Of a stretch of 64,000 nucleotides of DNA, positions 1 through 14,900 are shown one piece after another. Source of the stretch: Asterias rubens (taxonomy: Eukaryota). The notes beneath the pieces are model-generated. The model had not been told where the DNA came from. It did no database searches and was given only the letters and a program-made list of their open reading frames with translations. The position numbers and the translations under genes were made by a program. Within the stretch, counting starts at the first letter, position 1. The number at the start of each line of letters is the position of its first letter. The stretch spans positions 1,674,001-1,738,000 of the forward strand of contig NC_047077.1 in NCBI RefSeq assembly GCF_902459465.1. Reading direction: 5' to 3'.

Positions 1-117
1 ATGTAGATTACTTCCATGAGGGCCCTAAATGATCACCTGTGCTGTATGTGTCACCCTCGTTAAATACCGTTTGAAATAAATAAATAAAAAGTATTTCCTC
101 TGTCAGTAAATCCTCAC

Positions 118-325
118 CTTATTTGATCTCAGTGTAACTCGACCTCCGCACCGTGCACATGATTTCAGATTGCAGTAGCTACACGAATGACCAACGCCAT
201 CAGCAAACTTGGTCTTGTGACAGATTTGGCAAACCGCTCCGTTTTGAGGAACGCCTTTTGTCTTGCTCTCCACGGCAACAGCTTGAGTTGTCTGCTGGAC
301 GCGGTCAAGATCATCTTTTAAGGCT
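118..325 (-). CDS. RIMS: RIM coding exon 2 (FYVE-type zinc finger, N-terminal part); gene continues off the left edge
   Basis: Not in the ORF track. Acceptor ...aatcaacag| at 326, donor AAG|GTGAGG at 117. Translation (R)ALKDDLDRVQQ...AVCQICHKTKFADGVGHSCSYCNLKSCARCGGRVTLRSNK is near-identical to the vertebrate RIM motif CGICHKTKFADGCGHxCSYCxTKFCARCGGRVSLRSNK. Intron 1 is 326-19079. Confidence 0.97.
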
Positions 326-519
326 CTGTTGATTCAAAAGTATAAAAAATAATAATAATAATAACAATAATAATAATTGATTTTTATATAGCACTAAATA
401 CACCAAAGGGCGTCTTAACACGTTTAAACATATATATGTATACAGTATTTTCTGAAAGGTACACAAATGTACATGTACATGTATGTGGTTCTACGTTGGA
501 ATTATGAGATCTACTCCTT

Positions 520-823
520 TTACATAGCTATGTTATGGTTTGCAAGGTGCTGTGGAGCAGTATGCTGCCAATCCAGCCAGGAAAACCGGGGTGAAGCCTT
601 TCTCTTTTCAATAAGTGCCCAGGGTTCTTTTATGTGCTTTACAAAAGACACGGGACCAACGACTTTAGGTCCCATCTGATGGAAGAAGCAATAGTACATA
701 AAAGTGTCCTGCTTAAAAGGACACATACATTGTAACAGCTGGGACTCAAATTCACACTCTTCTGATCATAAACACCAGAGTTTGACGTCAGTGCTCTTAA
801 CACCTCGACCAAGACACTTCCAC
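520..823 (-). mobile_element. tRNA-derived SINE (family A)
   Basis: A-box-like TGGTCGAGGTGTTAAGAGC and a B-box-like segment. The body GTGTCCTT..AGCA is shared with the other copies listed. Confidence 0.8.
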
Positions 824-3800
824 AATGTCAGATCAACTTCATCAGAATTTGAAAAAAAACAGTTAGGAATTTGTGTCTTTATTTTATTTCATATTTAGCA
901 TGTCGTCGCTGAGTGGTATTAGGGCGAAGGACTCAAGTTCTGTTATATACAAAATGTGGGTTCAAATCCCACCCTGGTCAGTCGCAACACTTGCACATTA
1001 TGAGGGTAAACAGGGTGCTGTTGCAAGTTCAGAAACACTAAGGCAAACCCTCTTATAGCAACAAGTGTAACTGGGTTTGTAATGCGTTTACACAACACAA
1101 AAATTTCATCCGTTTTACGTTAAAAAAATTATTGAAATTTGAAAGTAATTGAAAAATTAATAATTCTCTAATCTACTCAAAATGTTCTGAGTAAAAGCTT
1201 GCATGTCTATTGACTTGCGGCAACACATACATGTAGGGGTTGTTTTGGATATTTTTTACAAAAGCTACACGTACAACCATTGGACAAACTGCTAGCGTGA
1301 CTGTAGTAGATGAGTGGGTAGGCCTACTCTTTGTAATTCGTGTCATGCTAATTCTATAAAAAACCTGACACTTGCTAAATTTATGCTCACATGTGGTGGT
1401 GAACTATGAATATGTACCCTAGTTTTATATGACACTCACTAAAGCCCTGTACAGTAAATGCTTTGACAGAATAATATGGGCAACCCCTTGCTGATAAAAA
1501 TCAATAGGCTTATACCATACCACAGTGCTACATAGATTGGTAGCAGCTTGTCATTTACCACTAGTGTTATATTATTCACTCTATGTATATTGCTCACAAC
1601 CAAACCTGGTGTCTGCAACAATTCCCATCTCCTCTAGCCTCATTTACATAATTGATTCCGAAGGTAGGGGGGTGTAGTGACATGAGAATTTAACGGACCA
1701 GGAATGGCAGGTAATATTGGAAGTGTTAGCCCGTTTGTGTCCAAGCCAAATACAAGAGGTATACAGATGGCTTGGGTGCATTTTCACAGCTCTGTGCAGT
1801 GCCAGCATGTCATTGAAAAATGTCTATCCAAATGATCTCACTAAAGAACGATTTTAAGTTATAGATGGTTGAATATAATGGTTAGAAACAACCACATTCT
1901 GAAGGGATTTAGACCCATAATTAAACATTTTCTAAGGATTGTAAACGCAAAAATTGTCAATTATTTAGCACTGTGCTAAAAGAAAAAGTGAAATACCATT
2001 ACATCTATTTATGTTTTACATACGTATATAATAAAATATAAATGATTATGTAGGCCTATGGGATGTACAGCCAGATAATTTTACGTTGGTGTACAGATGT
2101 TAACAAAATAATAGGCAAGGGCACCAAGGCGTTTTCTCCTTCAAGGCACTATGGGGAAAATCGTAAATAAATTACTTTTGAAATGTTTCAAAGGGCACAA
2201 AGGCAATGACCAGGGGCAACAGAGACAATTGCCCCCATTGCCCAGGGCTGTGAAGCATCAGGCCAGCACAAAACTCAAAATATTTTCAACAAATGTTTTT
2301 TTCGGGGGGCCAAAAAGTAAAACCAATGATGTGCCATCCCTTATGTTTCTTGAACACTTAGAGGATTAACATAAATAAATTAACTCTTCCAAAAACAAAT
2401 AATGTACAATCCCCTTTCAATAGCCAGTTTTGATGAGCTAGAGTTGACTTTCAAGCCAGTTTTAATTTAAGACTATTAAATTTTCAGGGGGGACTACCAA
2501 GGATTACATTTTGGCAAACAATCTTCTCATAGTTAAATTAAAATATAGGAAATTACCTTTGAATACTCAACTTTAAATAATTTTTTTCCTTTTTTACAGA
2601 AAGCATGATGTACATCTAGTTGAACAATTACCCAGTAAAATATTTGCACTGTTTATTTTTTATTTTGCAGTCAAGGCGACACAGTATGTGCATAATATGT
2701 GCCTATGGTGATCTACGTCATTACGTCTGCTGAACCCAAGATTGTCCACTGACCATGAGTCTAATTTGCATATAAATGAGATATCACTAACGAGCCATGG
2801 CTTCCTTAATGTTGTTTTGTTTAAAATTGTCAGGGGGGGAGAATTATTACAAAATGAAAATATGTCAACTGGTTTAACACTCTCGCATGTCACTTTTGGT
2901 ATTTCACCATGATTTCAAGCATTCTGGATTCGCGTCATTTGTTATTACAGATTCCGCAAGTTTATTTATTCTATACTAAAAATAGAAAAGAGCCAGCCTT
3001 GGATTATGCAGTATGTTTTTTTGTCTATCTAAAATATCAAGGTTTTTACATATCATCACAGACATGGAATTCATTTAGGGACAGAGAGATAAGCTGACAT
3101 GGGACACTTAAAGGGAAGGTATTACTGATAATCACTCTTAAAATTAATGGCAAAAAAAACTTATTGGTTTAATAGATGCCTACAGCAGCTTTCGATAATA
3201 CAAAGCATTTTAAGAATATCTCAACAATCAAATAGTTCAAAAAATATGTATGTTCCCTTTAAAGCTCATTTAAATTTGTCACTATTTCTCCTCTTCCTTG
3301 GGACGTTCTACCACGCCTATTTGAATCTTGAATAAAACATAAATATTTTAACAGGCAAAGGTTCTGCTCTACAAGTATGGGAGGCTTCTGGCTTGTCCAC
3401 GCCTTTAAAAGGTATCATAGAGGATTGGTAAAAAATAAACAGAGAACTGTTTATGTCTATTCTGGAGGCTTACTGTTTTTTAAGATCTTACTAGAACCAT
3501 TTTTCTGAGAAATATAACTCTCTGAAATGATTCAAAAAAACTGTATCTGAAAACCTTAAAAAAAATATATATATATTAAAAAATTAAAATAAAATCAGCT
3601 GATTTTGAGTGATAGGTACCAAAACGTAAAAGGATGAAAATGTCTTTCCATTCTGAAAGTTGTGTGCAATATGAATTTTCACTACTTTCTTCTAACTCAC
3701 ACAATGGATCAAGCAAACATTCACAGGATTGATATTTCATTGGTGGATCACACAAATCAAGAACAATGTCTCTGACTTTGCTTGCCAGCTCTACATCTAC

Positions 3801-4014
3801 CAATCTTGATTTATAATATCTTTAATACAATAATAATCATCATAACTCATCGTTATAGTACATTTCAGTTCATGAGAACTCTCATTGAACTTCACACTGT
3901 AACATTACTCGATTCAAAAAGCTCCAATTATAATATTTATGACAGGAAATTGATGAATGCATCCAATTTATGGTTCAGAAAATGTAAGCATTGCAATCTA
4001 ATAAATCATAAAGC

Positions 4015-4280
4015 TTCCACCTGCAACCGAGCAGTTAAGACAACTGGACTCAAGCTCTGGTGTTTCTGATCAGCAGGTGCTGGTTCAAGTCCTAGTCATG
4101 ACACTTGTGTCCTTTAGCAAGACAATACATTTTTGCTTTGTTCTTTAGTGTGGAGTTAAGCTAAATTATTTAGGTCCAATGTACTAAATGCAGGATTGGT
4201 AGTGCACGTACTGTAAAAGAAGCCAAAACACCATGAAAGAGTAGGGGTTAACCCTGGTGTTTCTGGCTTGAGAGCTACAG
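4015..4280 (+). mobile_element. tRNA-derived SINE (family A)
   Basis: CCGAGCAGTTAAGAC...CAAGCTCTGGTGTTTCTGATCAGCAG...GGTTCAAGTCC...GACACTTGTGTCCTTTAGCAAG. Confidence 0.8.
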
Positions 4281-4649
4281 TAATTAAGTTCACTAATGAT
4301 CATAGTAAATTAATAACTAATTAATAAATTTATTATTATTATTTTAATAAATAAATATCAACAAACAAAGTATATAAACTGGTTTTTGTTTTTTTTTAAG
4401 CACAAAAAGCAACTCTTAACGCAACACAATTCATTTATTAGAAGCCTTATGTGACTGGTTTAATGCTACAGTATGTAACTGTTGCTGAGCAATATTTTCT
4501 ACATGAAATTTGCCCCTGTTTACAAGTGTCATTGTGGTCAATCAAAGTTTTAACAAGTGGGTGGTAAAATGCCATTTTAAAATGTCCATACCATTTTAAG
4601 AAAGGAGGCTATAAACCTAAATGCCAAATTGACTAAAAATCTTTGAGAG

Positions 4650-4900
4650 GGAATAAGGTTAGCGTAGTGGTGTCTTGCTCTGTTGTAAATCTCAGCAGAC
4701 CCCAGTTCAAATCCAGCCTCGGGTCAGTAACACCAGATTCTCAAAAGTGGACAGTGTTTTCAGTCCCCACCTGACCGCGTGGGTTTTCCCTATTTGGGGT
4801 TTTCCTCCCACATCTAAAACACTGAATGTTGCGTTCATCATCTTCTCGACCCAGGTTTCTCTTGGCCTAGGGGTTACAGTCCTAAATGCTCTTTGCTAAT
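4650..4900 (+). mobile_element. Second tRNA-derived SINE family (GTGGGTTTT...TTTCCTCCCACATC core)
   Basis: Box-like TAGCGTAGTGG and AGTTCAAATCC. A reverse copy lies at about 26830-27010. Confidence 0.65.
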
Positions 4901-7149
4901 TGCTTTTGAGGGTCCCTTGATTTGAAATACCAGAAATATTAAAAAGGAGTAGAATACAGAAATAAACTGCTGGAAATCAGCACTAATTTGTATAGATGAG
5001 GGGGCTTTGCAACGGTGTTTATTGGTGTTTTAAAAATGAAATGAAATTTTGTTTCATTGTACATTTTATTTTACAAACAGGTTTATGAGAACGCTTTCAA
5101 CAAATCAAAAATATAATTTACTGCTTTTCAGAATTGGTAAGAAAGTTAAGTTCAACTCTTTAGCTTGCAGCATTTTAAGTGTCAAACAATCAACCACCAA
5201 AAATCTTTTTTTAACAATGAATTGAATCTGTTCTCTGAAAGTGAAAGTCAAGAGTTCATTCACAGAAGATAATTGTTTTTACTTCTGAAAAAGCTGTAAA
5301 CATTTCCAATGATACGGGAACAAATTGTGGAGCTTTATTCAAAATATAATGAGGGATAGGAAGGAATTTTTGAATATCTTCTTCCTGGGCATGTGAACAC
5401 CTTTTTACTTTTTTAGGAAAAGTGCTTAATTATAAAGTGCTTACAGTGAAAGTAAACCTTTTGTTTCTGGAACGTTTCATATGTTTGAATCATAAAAAAA
5501 TGTAATCCAGAGCTGTGATGACCACGCAGGAAGAATAATCCATCTTTTGATTACACATTCTGAGAAATGTATCTGACAGTAACATTTCTCAGGTTTAAAT
5601 TTAGGGGCATAACCACATTACTTCGAAGTGAAATGTTTCTCAAAATGCTTTTTACTATCAAACGCTGCTGTAGGCTTCTAACCAAAGATTTTTGTTGCCT
5701 ATAAATGTTCAGAGTGATTACCTAACAATACCCTCACCTCCCTTTAAACATGAGGTTAGAGACTTGTTCGAGACTATACAGATACCCGCGGATCACAAAA
5801 ATGAATTTGAACACACATCAGTGGAAAACTTCAACCAAATAATATTATTTATCCCTGATGATAGAAATTTAACACCTATTAAATTTAACCATTTATCTTT
5901 TTTATGAATTACTCCAATGAGGTGAATCTTTAACCATACATTCGTGGACAATAATGTATCTAGCCTGGTACCAAATCAATATAAAATGAAATCCAGTAAT
6001 GTACAGTGTAGTATACAGTACAGTATACATTGCCATTATAACATTACAGTAGAAAGGCTGATAATGATATGAAGAGAATTGCAAACTGCCAGCCACACAA
6101 CCGAAACGCAGCCTCGTTCGTTAGCCATACCCCAAAATGATAAACACAGGCGCTGGCTATATTCACCTGCTTACAGAACCAAGCGCAGTAGATGCGATCT
6201 ACTGTACATGTACATTACCGACCATCATGCAAATTCGCCGCGATGGGTTATAAATAGAAGTAGAATGAGCGGCCCCCATGGGGCTAATGGAACGGTCCTG
6301 CATAAATGCTTCATCATGGTTGACATTAAAAACAATTTTGATGTCATCTCTGGAATTGAAGTGTGGTGTTTTTCTTCAACCAGTCTGTGGAATTATTTTG
6401 TCATCAAAATATTACTGTATGAGTGCTTAAATGTTTGGACAGGGTTTGTGTTTAAAATCTATTCAAAAATAGCCCTAAGTATTATTTCATTTGTCATAAA
6501 AAAGGTCTTACAGATGTATTTCACATTTTAAGTTCAATAAAAAACACATACATTTTTTTATGTACACGTTTTAAAAATGATGAAACTATGATATTTTTGA
6601 ATATTTTACATACTTATATGTGCTTTTTAACTGACTGTCATGTGTACCAACTTAATTTAAAAACATCAGTAATTTACAGTTGCCTAGGATCATTGATAAA
6701 TGTAATTTGTGCAAAATAATAGCCCTGCACAAAGTTATGTAGTTAACATTGTGACTTTAAAACGTAACAATAGGTCTAGAATTACACAGAAGCCATGATC
6801 GCATGGATTTTTTTCCCTCGCAAATTCAATCCCTGATAAGGATGGCCATAGCTTAGTTATTCCGGAGGTCACTGGTTCAACTCCCACTCAAGTTATTTCT
6901 TCTTTGTTCAGCCCAAAATTATTTAAAATGTACCCAATCAGTTTCCCCTGTGGTCTAGTACTTGATAAACAAAATCTCGAATAATAAAAAGCACAACGTT
7001 TAACGCAGAATTAAAAAAAGGACTTAATTCCCAAAGAACATAATCTATCCAGCAAACTACGTACAGTATATTACATGTAAATATAGCCGCAAACCAAATA
7101 GCCTCAAAAACTAAAGAGCCTAACGAAACACCTTACAAATCTAAGGTAC

Positions 7150-7526
7150 TTAAAGGCACTAGACACATTGGATAATTGTCAAAGACAAGTATTCTCACTT
7201 TGTGTATCCCAACATACTATGCATAAAATAACAAATGAAAGATTTGACTCAATATATTGGTCATCAAGTTGCAAGAGAATAATGAACGTAAAAACACCCT
7301 TGTTGCACAAATGTGTGCTTTCAGGCGCCTACATTTTTTTAAGACCTCAGGCCTGAAGCCTTGAGTTTGAAATCACCTCCTTCTCGAAAACTACTGTACG
7401 TACGTTACTTCAAAGAGAGCCGTTTCTCACAATTTTGTATACTATCAACAGCTCTCCGTTCAGGTTTTTGTTTCTAAAGTAAGTTTTCATGCTAACAATT
7501 GTTCTACCAGTAGTGTCCGGTGCCTT
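7150..7526 (+). mobile_element. Non-autonomous TTAA-associated DNA transposon (Kolobok-like termini)
   Basis: TTAAAGGCACTAGACAC ... GTGTCCGGTGCCTT terminal inverted repeats. Same family as 47904-48720 and 54414-54801. Confidence 0.7.
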
Positions 7527-8771
7527 CTCTCTCCTCTATACACCAACCAGGTCAGCTGTAATACTGAACTTCACAAATTATGTAAATTCAACAAACATTT
7601 GACATCGTAAATTCTTGATGAATGACGTTAACCTCTGTCATGCAAAGGTTTCTGCAACAAACCATGGTGAACTTTTTGCAATCGTTTGACGTATGTATAG
7701 CTGTGTTTTTGACAAAAAAACAACAAGTCATTATCCGCGTTTGATACTTCACTGAGGCAACGAAGGCGATTGCCTCTATGTCCCCTGGTCATTGCCTTTG
7801 TGCCCTTGAAATGCTTCAATAACAAATTTGAAACAGTTTCCTTCAAGGGAGCCCTTTTACCAAGGAGAAAACCCTTGGTGCTCTTGAAATGCTCCGACAG
7901 TGGAAATTTAAAGTTTCCTCGAAGGGTGCCCTTTACCAAGGAGAAAATGCATTGGTGCCCTTGCCTGTCATTGTGGAAATCAACATCTTACATATGTACA
8001 ATTATGCCGACCAAACACAGACTTTACTCACGAAATGTACACAGAATTTACCAAAGAACGTAAACTATTGTTTTTGCACATGCAAATTTAACATTTAAAT
8101 AGTTTCTTACTAATGTTACCTTTGGAGGGATGACATCTTACGACCAAACAAAGTCTCAACTCACGAAAATGTTCCTGACCGAAATACACAAACTGTTGCT
8201 TTCGTACAGACCGTTGACTCGAACCCGACTGCTAAAATGATTCTACAAAAAACTCTACTCATCATGCCTTGCACCTCCTACGTGATTAGCTAGTCTACCT
8301 TAGAAGAACAGTCACTTCAATCCCTCACATTTTATAATCCTCCTCATCAAAAATATCTCAATCCTTCATATCCGTCAGAAAATGAATCTTTTGAGTCGTC
8401 AAGGACAACAAAGACACTTCTCTAGCCTGGCCAATTTGTTCACAGAACACAGGGTATTTTAATACTGTTGTACATCAGAAAGATACATTTATGAGTCAAC
8501 AATACATGTTTCAAATCTTAGATGACACCTCGCTAAATGTGGGTTGAATGCATTTGTGTGAAATAACCATGAAAATTGTTCCTGCTTTCTCAACAAGTAT
8601 AATCACAAAACCTTTCAAAGACTTTAAAAATGCATCCTTGATAATTTTGCCTAACAAACAATCCTGTATCCTGTTGACAAAACCAAACAACGACCCTACC
8701 TCAAAATTCGAAACAAATCTGAATTACAAACAATCCTCCACTGTCAAAACCTTTTTGTCTTAAGTGGGATC

Positions 8772-8786
8772 TATTGTTATGCAAAT
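8772..8786 (+). promoter_or_regulatory. Sox-POU composite motif in RIM intron 1
   Basis: TATTGTTATGCAAAT matches the CATTGTNATGCAAAT Sox-octamer consensus at 14 of 15 positions. Confidence 0.4.
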
Positions 8787-11599
8787 GCACTCTAATCACA
8801 TGACCAGCAACCTCCATCAGCCTCAAAATGTAGATATGATAAACGCAAACAATTCCTTAAAGCATTTCCATGTGTCTAAGTGCAATTACAGCATTACCCG
8901 ATGTCTAATGCTGACAGACAGCCCTGCCAGCCGAACAAAACGTCCCCATTTTCACAAAACATGGATGACTGTTGCCACGGCAACCAGAACCACCTGTCAA
9001 GGACCTCTGGCATTTAGGGAGAGGAGTTATGGATGCAATCAGAGACAGCGCAGAGAGTGGGAGGGAAGGCTGGAGAACATACATGTACATGGAGAAAAAC
9101 CTTCTTGGCATGACAGCACAACATTGCCATACAACCCACAATCCGGAGGAAGGGGGGGGGGGGGCTGTTCTAGGCTATTGTCCTTTTTCCATGTAGTGAT
9201 CAAACCTTTTACCAAATCCTGGCTAAACCCTTGTCAAATTACTTGTCACCTATTTCCTGTTTATTATGCTTCAAAGAGAATAGCTATGAGATGTAATCAA
9301 CTTTAGAACAACTTACCCCAGGTTTTTGGTTCAATAAAAGTGCATTTTTTGACAAGTAATACGGAAAACACTTTCCCATGCTAGGCTTTTAGCAACAAAT
9401 GAGGGTGTCCAACTTTTCTGAAAATTTAAAAACCAAAATTGTTCATTTACAACACATTTTCATGTAAATGACAGGTACAGCATGTAAAACAGCTGTCCAA
9501 ATTTAAATCATGGTGCCCAAAAGAAACTCAGACACTCCTCTGGCTAACACTACAATCGAGACAGAAGAGAGTGGGAGGAAGGCAGGAGATATGAAAGAGC
9601 TTCTTGCCATACAGCACAACTCACTAGGGGGGGGTCTAGGCTATTATCCTTTTCAAGCAGTGATCAAACCAGTGAGGCTCGGGTATCTATTCTTCAAATG
9701 GGACACATTTTATGTTTCATTCATGTCAATTTCAGTGTATCCTTTGAAAAAAGTATTACAGAGTCAGATATTAGATATCCGGGACTACTATTATAAATTT
9801 ATCTAGGCGACTGTAAGTTACAATGATACATATAAGCGTCATCATCTGGTTTTCTTGTTATCAGCGATGCTGATTTATTGGGCAAAGTATCAAAAGATAC
9901 AATGAAAGTCGCTTGTGAAGGTTTCAGTTGAAAACAGAGGATACTTGTTGAGAAAACGAACTGTCAATACTTTCTTAAAGAATTTCGGAATCAATTCAAG
10001 CTAAGCAAGGTCACAATGAGACACCAAAGAAATTTGAATCTCCAGTCCATGGTCCTTTTGTTGTACAAATGAGGATTACAACAGATCAATTGTTTTTCAT
10101 TGTATCCAGCTCATCGGAATACAATGTAAGTCCGGTGGTCCGAGATTTCCAACATACCGAAGCCAATATTCCGGCCATGGCCTACGGCTAAGCCTCGGGG
10201 CGACTAGTGAAATTTTCTACTCAACTACATGTAGTCGTGCCTCAACTAGTCACGTCTAGACTGGACACTAGTCTTAATTCCCAAGATGCATTGCGGCATA
10301 TTGTTTGCCGCCTGAGCAATAGTACAATTCATGCTGAAAGGATTGAAGGATTGTGTCACTGATGTCTGATAGTGTTTCGTTGTCATTGATAGTCATAATT
10401 GACACAATTGGTCACCAAGTATTAAGCCGCGACTATTTTTGTGGTAGTTGTGGCGACATGAAAAACCGAGTAGTTGAAAAAACGGTAGTATCGACTCGCG
10501 ACTTTGCCACTAATCGCACTTGTTGCCCAGGCATAGCTGTATCTATTCAAACTTAGCAAGGTCACAGCAGGTACCAAATTCATCTCTGGCTGCAGCATTT
10601 CACATACAGATACATGGAAATTTGAGTCGCCAGATACAAATAAATGAGGATTACAAGAAATCAATTGTTTATTATTGTATTTAGCTCAAAGTCCAGTAGT
10701 CCGAGATTTTAAGCATAACGGACGAGAATTTGGCTTCTGGACGAGATTTTGGAATCAACAGTAAACACAATCCCAATAATTCACGGAGGCTACAATAGAT
10801 AGAAAATACTCCCTGGTCATTGCCTTCGTGCCCTGGAAATGCTCCAGTAGAAATTTACAATTCCCCAAGGGTGACCTTTACCATTGGAAAATGCCTTGGT
10901 GTCCTTGCCCTTTTTAAAACAAAGCAAGCAGACCTGAAACACATAATCCTTTCTTGAAAGAGAACAACAAATCCTAGTGCTTTTTCTGGAAAACCTTATT
11001 GCACCGCTACACCTTGTAAATCATTACATAGTGCTCTGTTATCATTTTTTACTAAAACATAGTCCGACATCACATACCTTCTGAGTGATACAGAGCCAAA
11101 TTATTATTACTATTATTTTCTTTGTTTATTATCGTAGTCTGGGTTTCGCTGAACAACGGTATTCTCACAAATAAATTACAACGCCAGACAAATTAATTGG
11201 CTCCCCCCATCCATGGATACGGAATTCGTTTTCTTAAACACCCGAGCTCAACAAGCTTCTATCGAGGTGTCACAGCAACTTCAAGATACCTTGCCCTTCC
11301 TTTAATAAGATGTACTTTGGCATCTGCTTCAATACATGTAGGACGCAGTGTGATGCAAGAGAGATAGGAGATGACACAAACATGACACCACGCAACCACA
11401 TTATAAATGCAATGAATTATTAAAAACTGCCAAGTCATGTATTTATTAAGCCTTTGACTCAGCAACTGTAAGACCCAGGTTGCACTCTAACACATAATAT
11501 ATAATATCAAAGTCTTATATTTCTACCATTATTACCTTATACATTGCTACAGAAAGATAGGTTATTGAAGGTTTGAATTCTAAGACCCACTTAAACGTA

Positions 11600-11908
11600 T
11601 GTAGCACATTATAAGGGTTTACAAGGTGCTACGGCGCATTCAGCAGCCACAGCCAGGAACAATTGGGCGAACCCCTTCTCTTTCCAATAAGTGCACTGGG
11701 TTCTTTTACAGGCGTTACAAAACACATGGGACCAACAGCTTTACTTCCCTTCCGAAGGACAAAGCAATGGTTACAATGTACATTGTGTAAGTGCCTTGAT
11801 TTTAATAAGGACACAAGTGTACGACTGGGACTCGAACCCACACTCTGCTGATCAGAAATACCAGAGTTTGAATTTGGTTTTCTAAGCCGCTTGGCCATAA
11901 CACTACCA
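11600..11908 (-). mobile_element. tRNA-derived SINE (family A)
   Basis: Plus strand shows GGGACTCGAACCCACACTCTGCTGATCAGAAATACCAGAG (reverse B box) and a near full-length body. Confidence 0.85.
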
Positions 11909-14900
11909 CATTTTAAAAAAAACATTCCACATTTCATAAATTCAACGACTTCAATCTTATTTTATGTTTGATCCTCGCCCACACAGAAGTTTATGAATAG
12001 TGCAAAGCCAGAGATGAGATTTGCCAAAGTGAAAGTTCTTGAAAATGGCTTGCTAGCCTAGATACCCCTATATCCAGACCTACATGTAGATGTTTCAATT
12101 CAGGAGGTTTACAGATTCTGTACCACCAGAAAGACAAAAGTACAGGTTTTGACACAATGTGGACTTTCACTTTCTTAGTTTTGAGGTCACTTTACTTCTT
12201 CAGTAGGCTGAAGGAGTTTTTGAGAAAATCCAGAAATCAGAAGAAGAAAACAATCCTGAGAAATCACTTGCCTGCAAAACCAAATGCATTGTTTCAGTTC
12301 CATTGTTTCCATTATTCTTTCAGAGCAAATCCCACAGACAGAATTATAAATATCCACAACACAACTGAGAACTTCAAACTGAGGACTGACGCTCACAAAA
12401 CCTGAATCTTCTGAGCAATATTTATAATTGTACCTCTTCAAGCATACAGTACCTCTAAGGCTCTGATCTATTTGAATCGCAATAAAAAAACAATTGTCTA
12501 CAATTTGCTTATTGTAAAAAGATTATGTAAAAAGGAGATTGCATTTTTATTTTATTTGTAGATTCAGCTAAGTGATACAATGTAAAGTACATGTTATAAG
12601 AGTAAATGGTAACTTAATTTTTCATTCAAAAGTTATCAACATAAAATGTATAATTTATCAGGCTAGTACCAAACTTTCTAAGAATGCTAGTTTTAAAAAA
12701 AGTCACAACACTTAACTGTTTTTATTTCTTTTTGTAAAGATCCACCCAAATTGCCCACAATGCAACCTTCTTGGCTGGAATCCAAGACTCCTCAGTTCTA
12801 ACAATAACCATTCTGATTGATTTAATTATGCAAATCAAAACTCAATTATCTCAACTGCAGGCATGTGTGTACATGTAAGTCACAAGCATTGTTTGGACAT
12901 CACAATGTATGTTCTGCTTGTGTTTTTGTTTGGGTTTTTGTCTGTTTCTTGAGAGAATGTTTTCAAGAGAAGTTAACTTTTACAGTACAGGTACATATGT
13001 ATATGTATAAGAATATTCCAGAGGCCAGTGAAACACTTCCAAAACCCTGAGCAGAAATAAGTTTCTGACAATGAATTTGTTGACCAAAACAATTTCCGAG
13101 AGCTACGCTAAAACAGGTCAGTAACCAAAAAAGGCTTGTGACGTAGGTACATCTCCTGAAAATTAATGCTCTAAAAATATACAGCCTTCAATTTATTTTC
13201 AGGGAATGGAACTTAGTCTTTGTAATTTTATCAATGTTATTGGATTAGTATGCTTCAAGGTTTTTCATTTTTACAAGAATTCTGTCAACATTTCTGGGTA
13301 AGTTTATGGAGGGCAACATCTCAAAACCAAGCCTAATTGATCAAGCAACTTCTTTTTTTTTTTTTCTGAACAGTTGCTTCTGACTCGATTACGCGGTAAC
13401 TCTTGGCCAATAATTGGAGCTCAACCAAATTTCTAACTGGGGTGGCAAGACACACAGGTATTGAGAAATACATGTTCAGTCCAAATGGAGCACAACCTAT
13501 CCTTTGCAGTCTAGTCTGGCACCCTATGTGTACACAATGCATTTGAATTCTGGTAAATTATTCAAACAACAATAATAACAAATTTAAAGGCAAGGAGTGG
13601 AGAACTTGAGACTGAACTTGACAGAGTACAAAAAATACAACACAAATAAAAAAAACCAAGTAAAGAAAAAGATAAAGCCCAAGTAAAAACATACAGAGGG
13701 CCTTGTTTCAACTTGTTTTAATTCACTTTGCTTTTTAAAGCAAAAACTTCAACAATTTTGGTCCAGAATGCCTATGGTCTGAAAAATCCCTTGTCCCTTA
13801 TCGAATTATAAACTGGCATAAACATTTACAATTTATAAGCTTGAAATCATCATCAACATGATCAGTTCCTGACCCCCACAAACAAGATTTAATTTGTTGG
13901 TGGCCTTCATCATCTGCTCCTCCCCACTAGAACCAAGATGCAGTATTAGCACACATACACACGCTACAGACTTTCCAATATATGCAAATGAGTCTGAAGA
14001 GACTAGGACACGCAAAATGTCAAGCACACATGGTGTGTTAGGCAATATGATAACGCATTGACTCTCTCAAACTCTACCATGCCCTTTTCCTGATGACAGT
14101 GAGCCCCAACTTCACGAAAGCCTGTAAGCACAAAAAAACTTGCTAAGCAGGGAATATTGTATTTAAGTGTCTAAGGCAAGATAATGCATTGACTCCGTCT
14201 AAACTCTACGATGCCCTTATTCTGATGGCAGTTAGGGCACAATTTCATAAACACTGTAAGCACAAATACTTGCTAAGCACAGAATAGTATTGCTTGTTTT
14301 GTTGAGGCTGGTGCCCCACTCATTTGTGCTTACATGTAGCATAGAGAAATTTGTCAAGCTATTAACCTGACCTTGGGCCCTGTTTTTTTCTGATTTGGAA
14401 ACTAAGAAAACATACATAGTTGAATATCTTTTACAACCATTGACTTTGGAGTTTAATATTTCTGGCAGAGTCTTCCCCGAGAAATACTTTGCTAGGTTTG
14501 GAACATCAGTCCATATAGGCCAAAGCTATTTGTTGCATTATACCATACAGGTCTATTTGGTTGGTGTTAAGCAGTTTGCGGTCTACATGTAGCTAATTCT
14601 ATTCGCTCACTCAGTACCACCGACAACGTACCATTTCCAAAAGCTCCTTTCAAACCATCTTGCAAATTTACCCATCACTTACCAAAATCTAATTTAATCT
14701 TGCGCAAAAAATAATGAACATTCATGACCAAAATGCCTCCCTTCATCAAAATTAACAAATGACAAATTAAAGGAGCTACGTACAAACACCACAGGGCAAT
14801 CACCAATCTACCTCCCAGGGTGACCCATACACAGTTCTCTTACATGTTGCCACAGTCATTTATAAGTTGCCCGGGGCAACTGGACAACCCTTAATTTCAC

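Noticed and set aside
8764-9306. 180-aa ORF in RIM intron 1
   Set aside because: Non-ATG start, crosses a G homopolymer and a local duplication, and has no domain.
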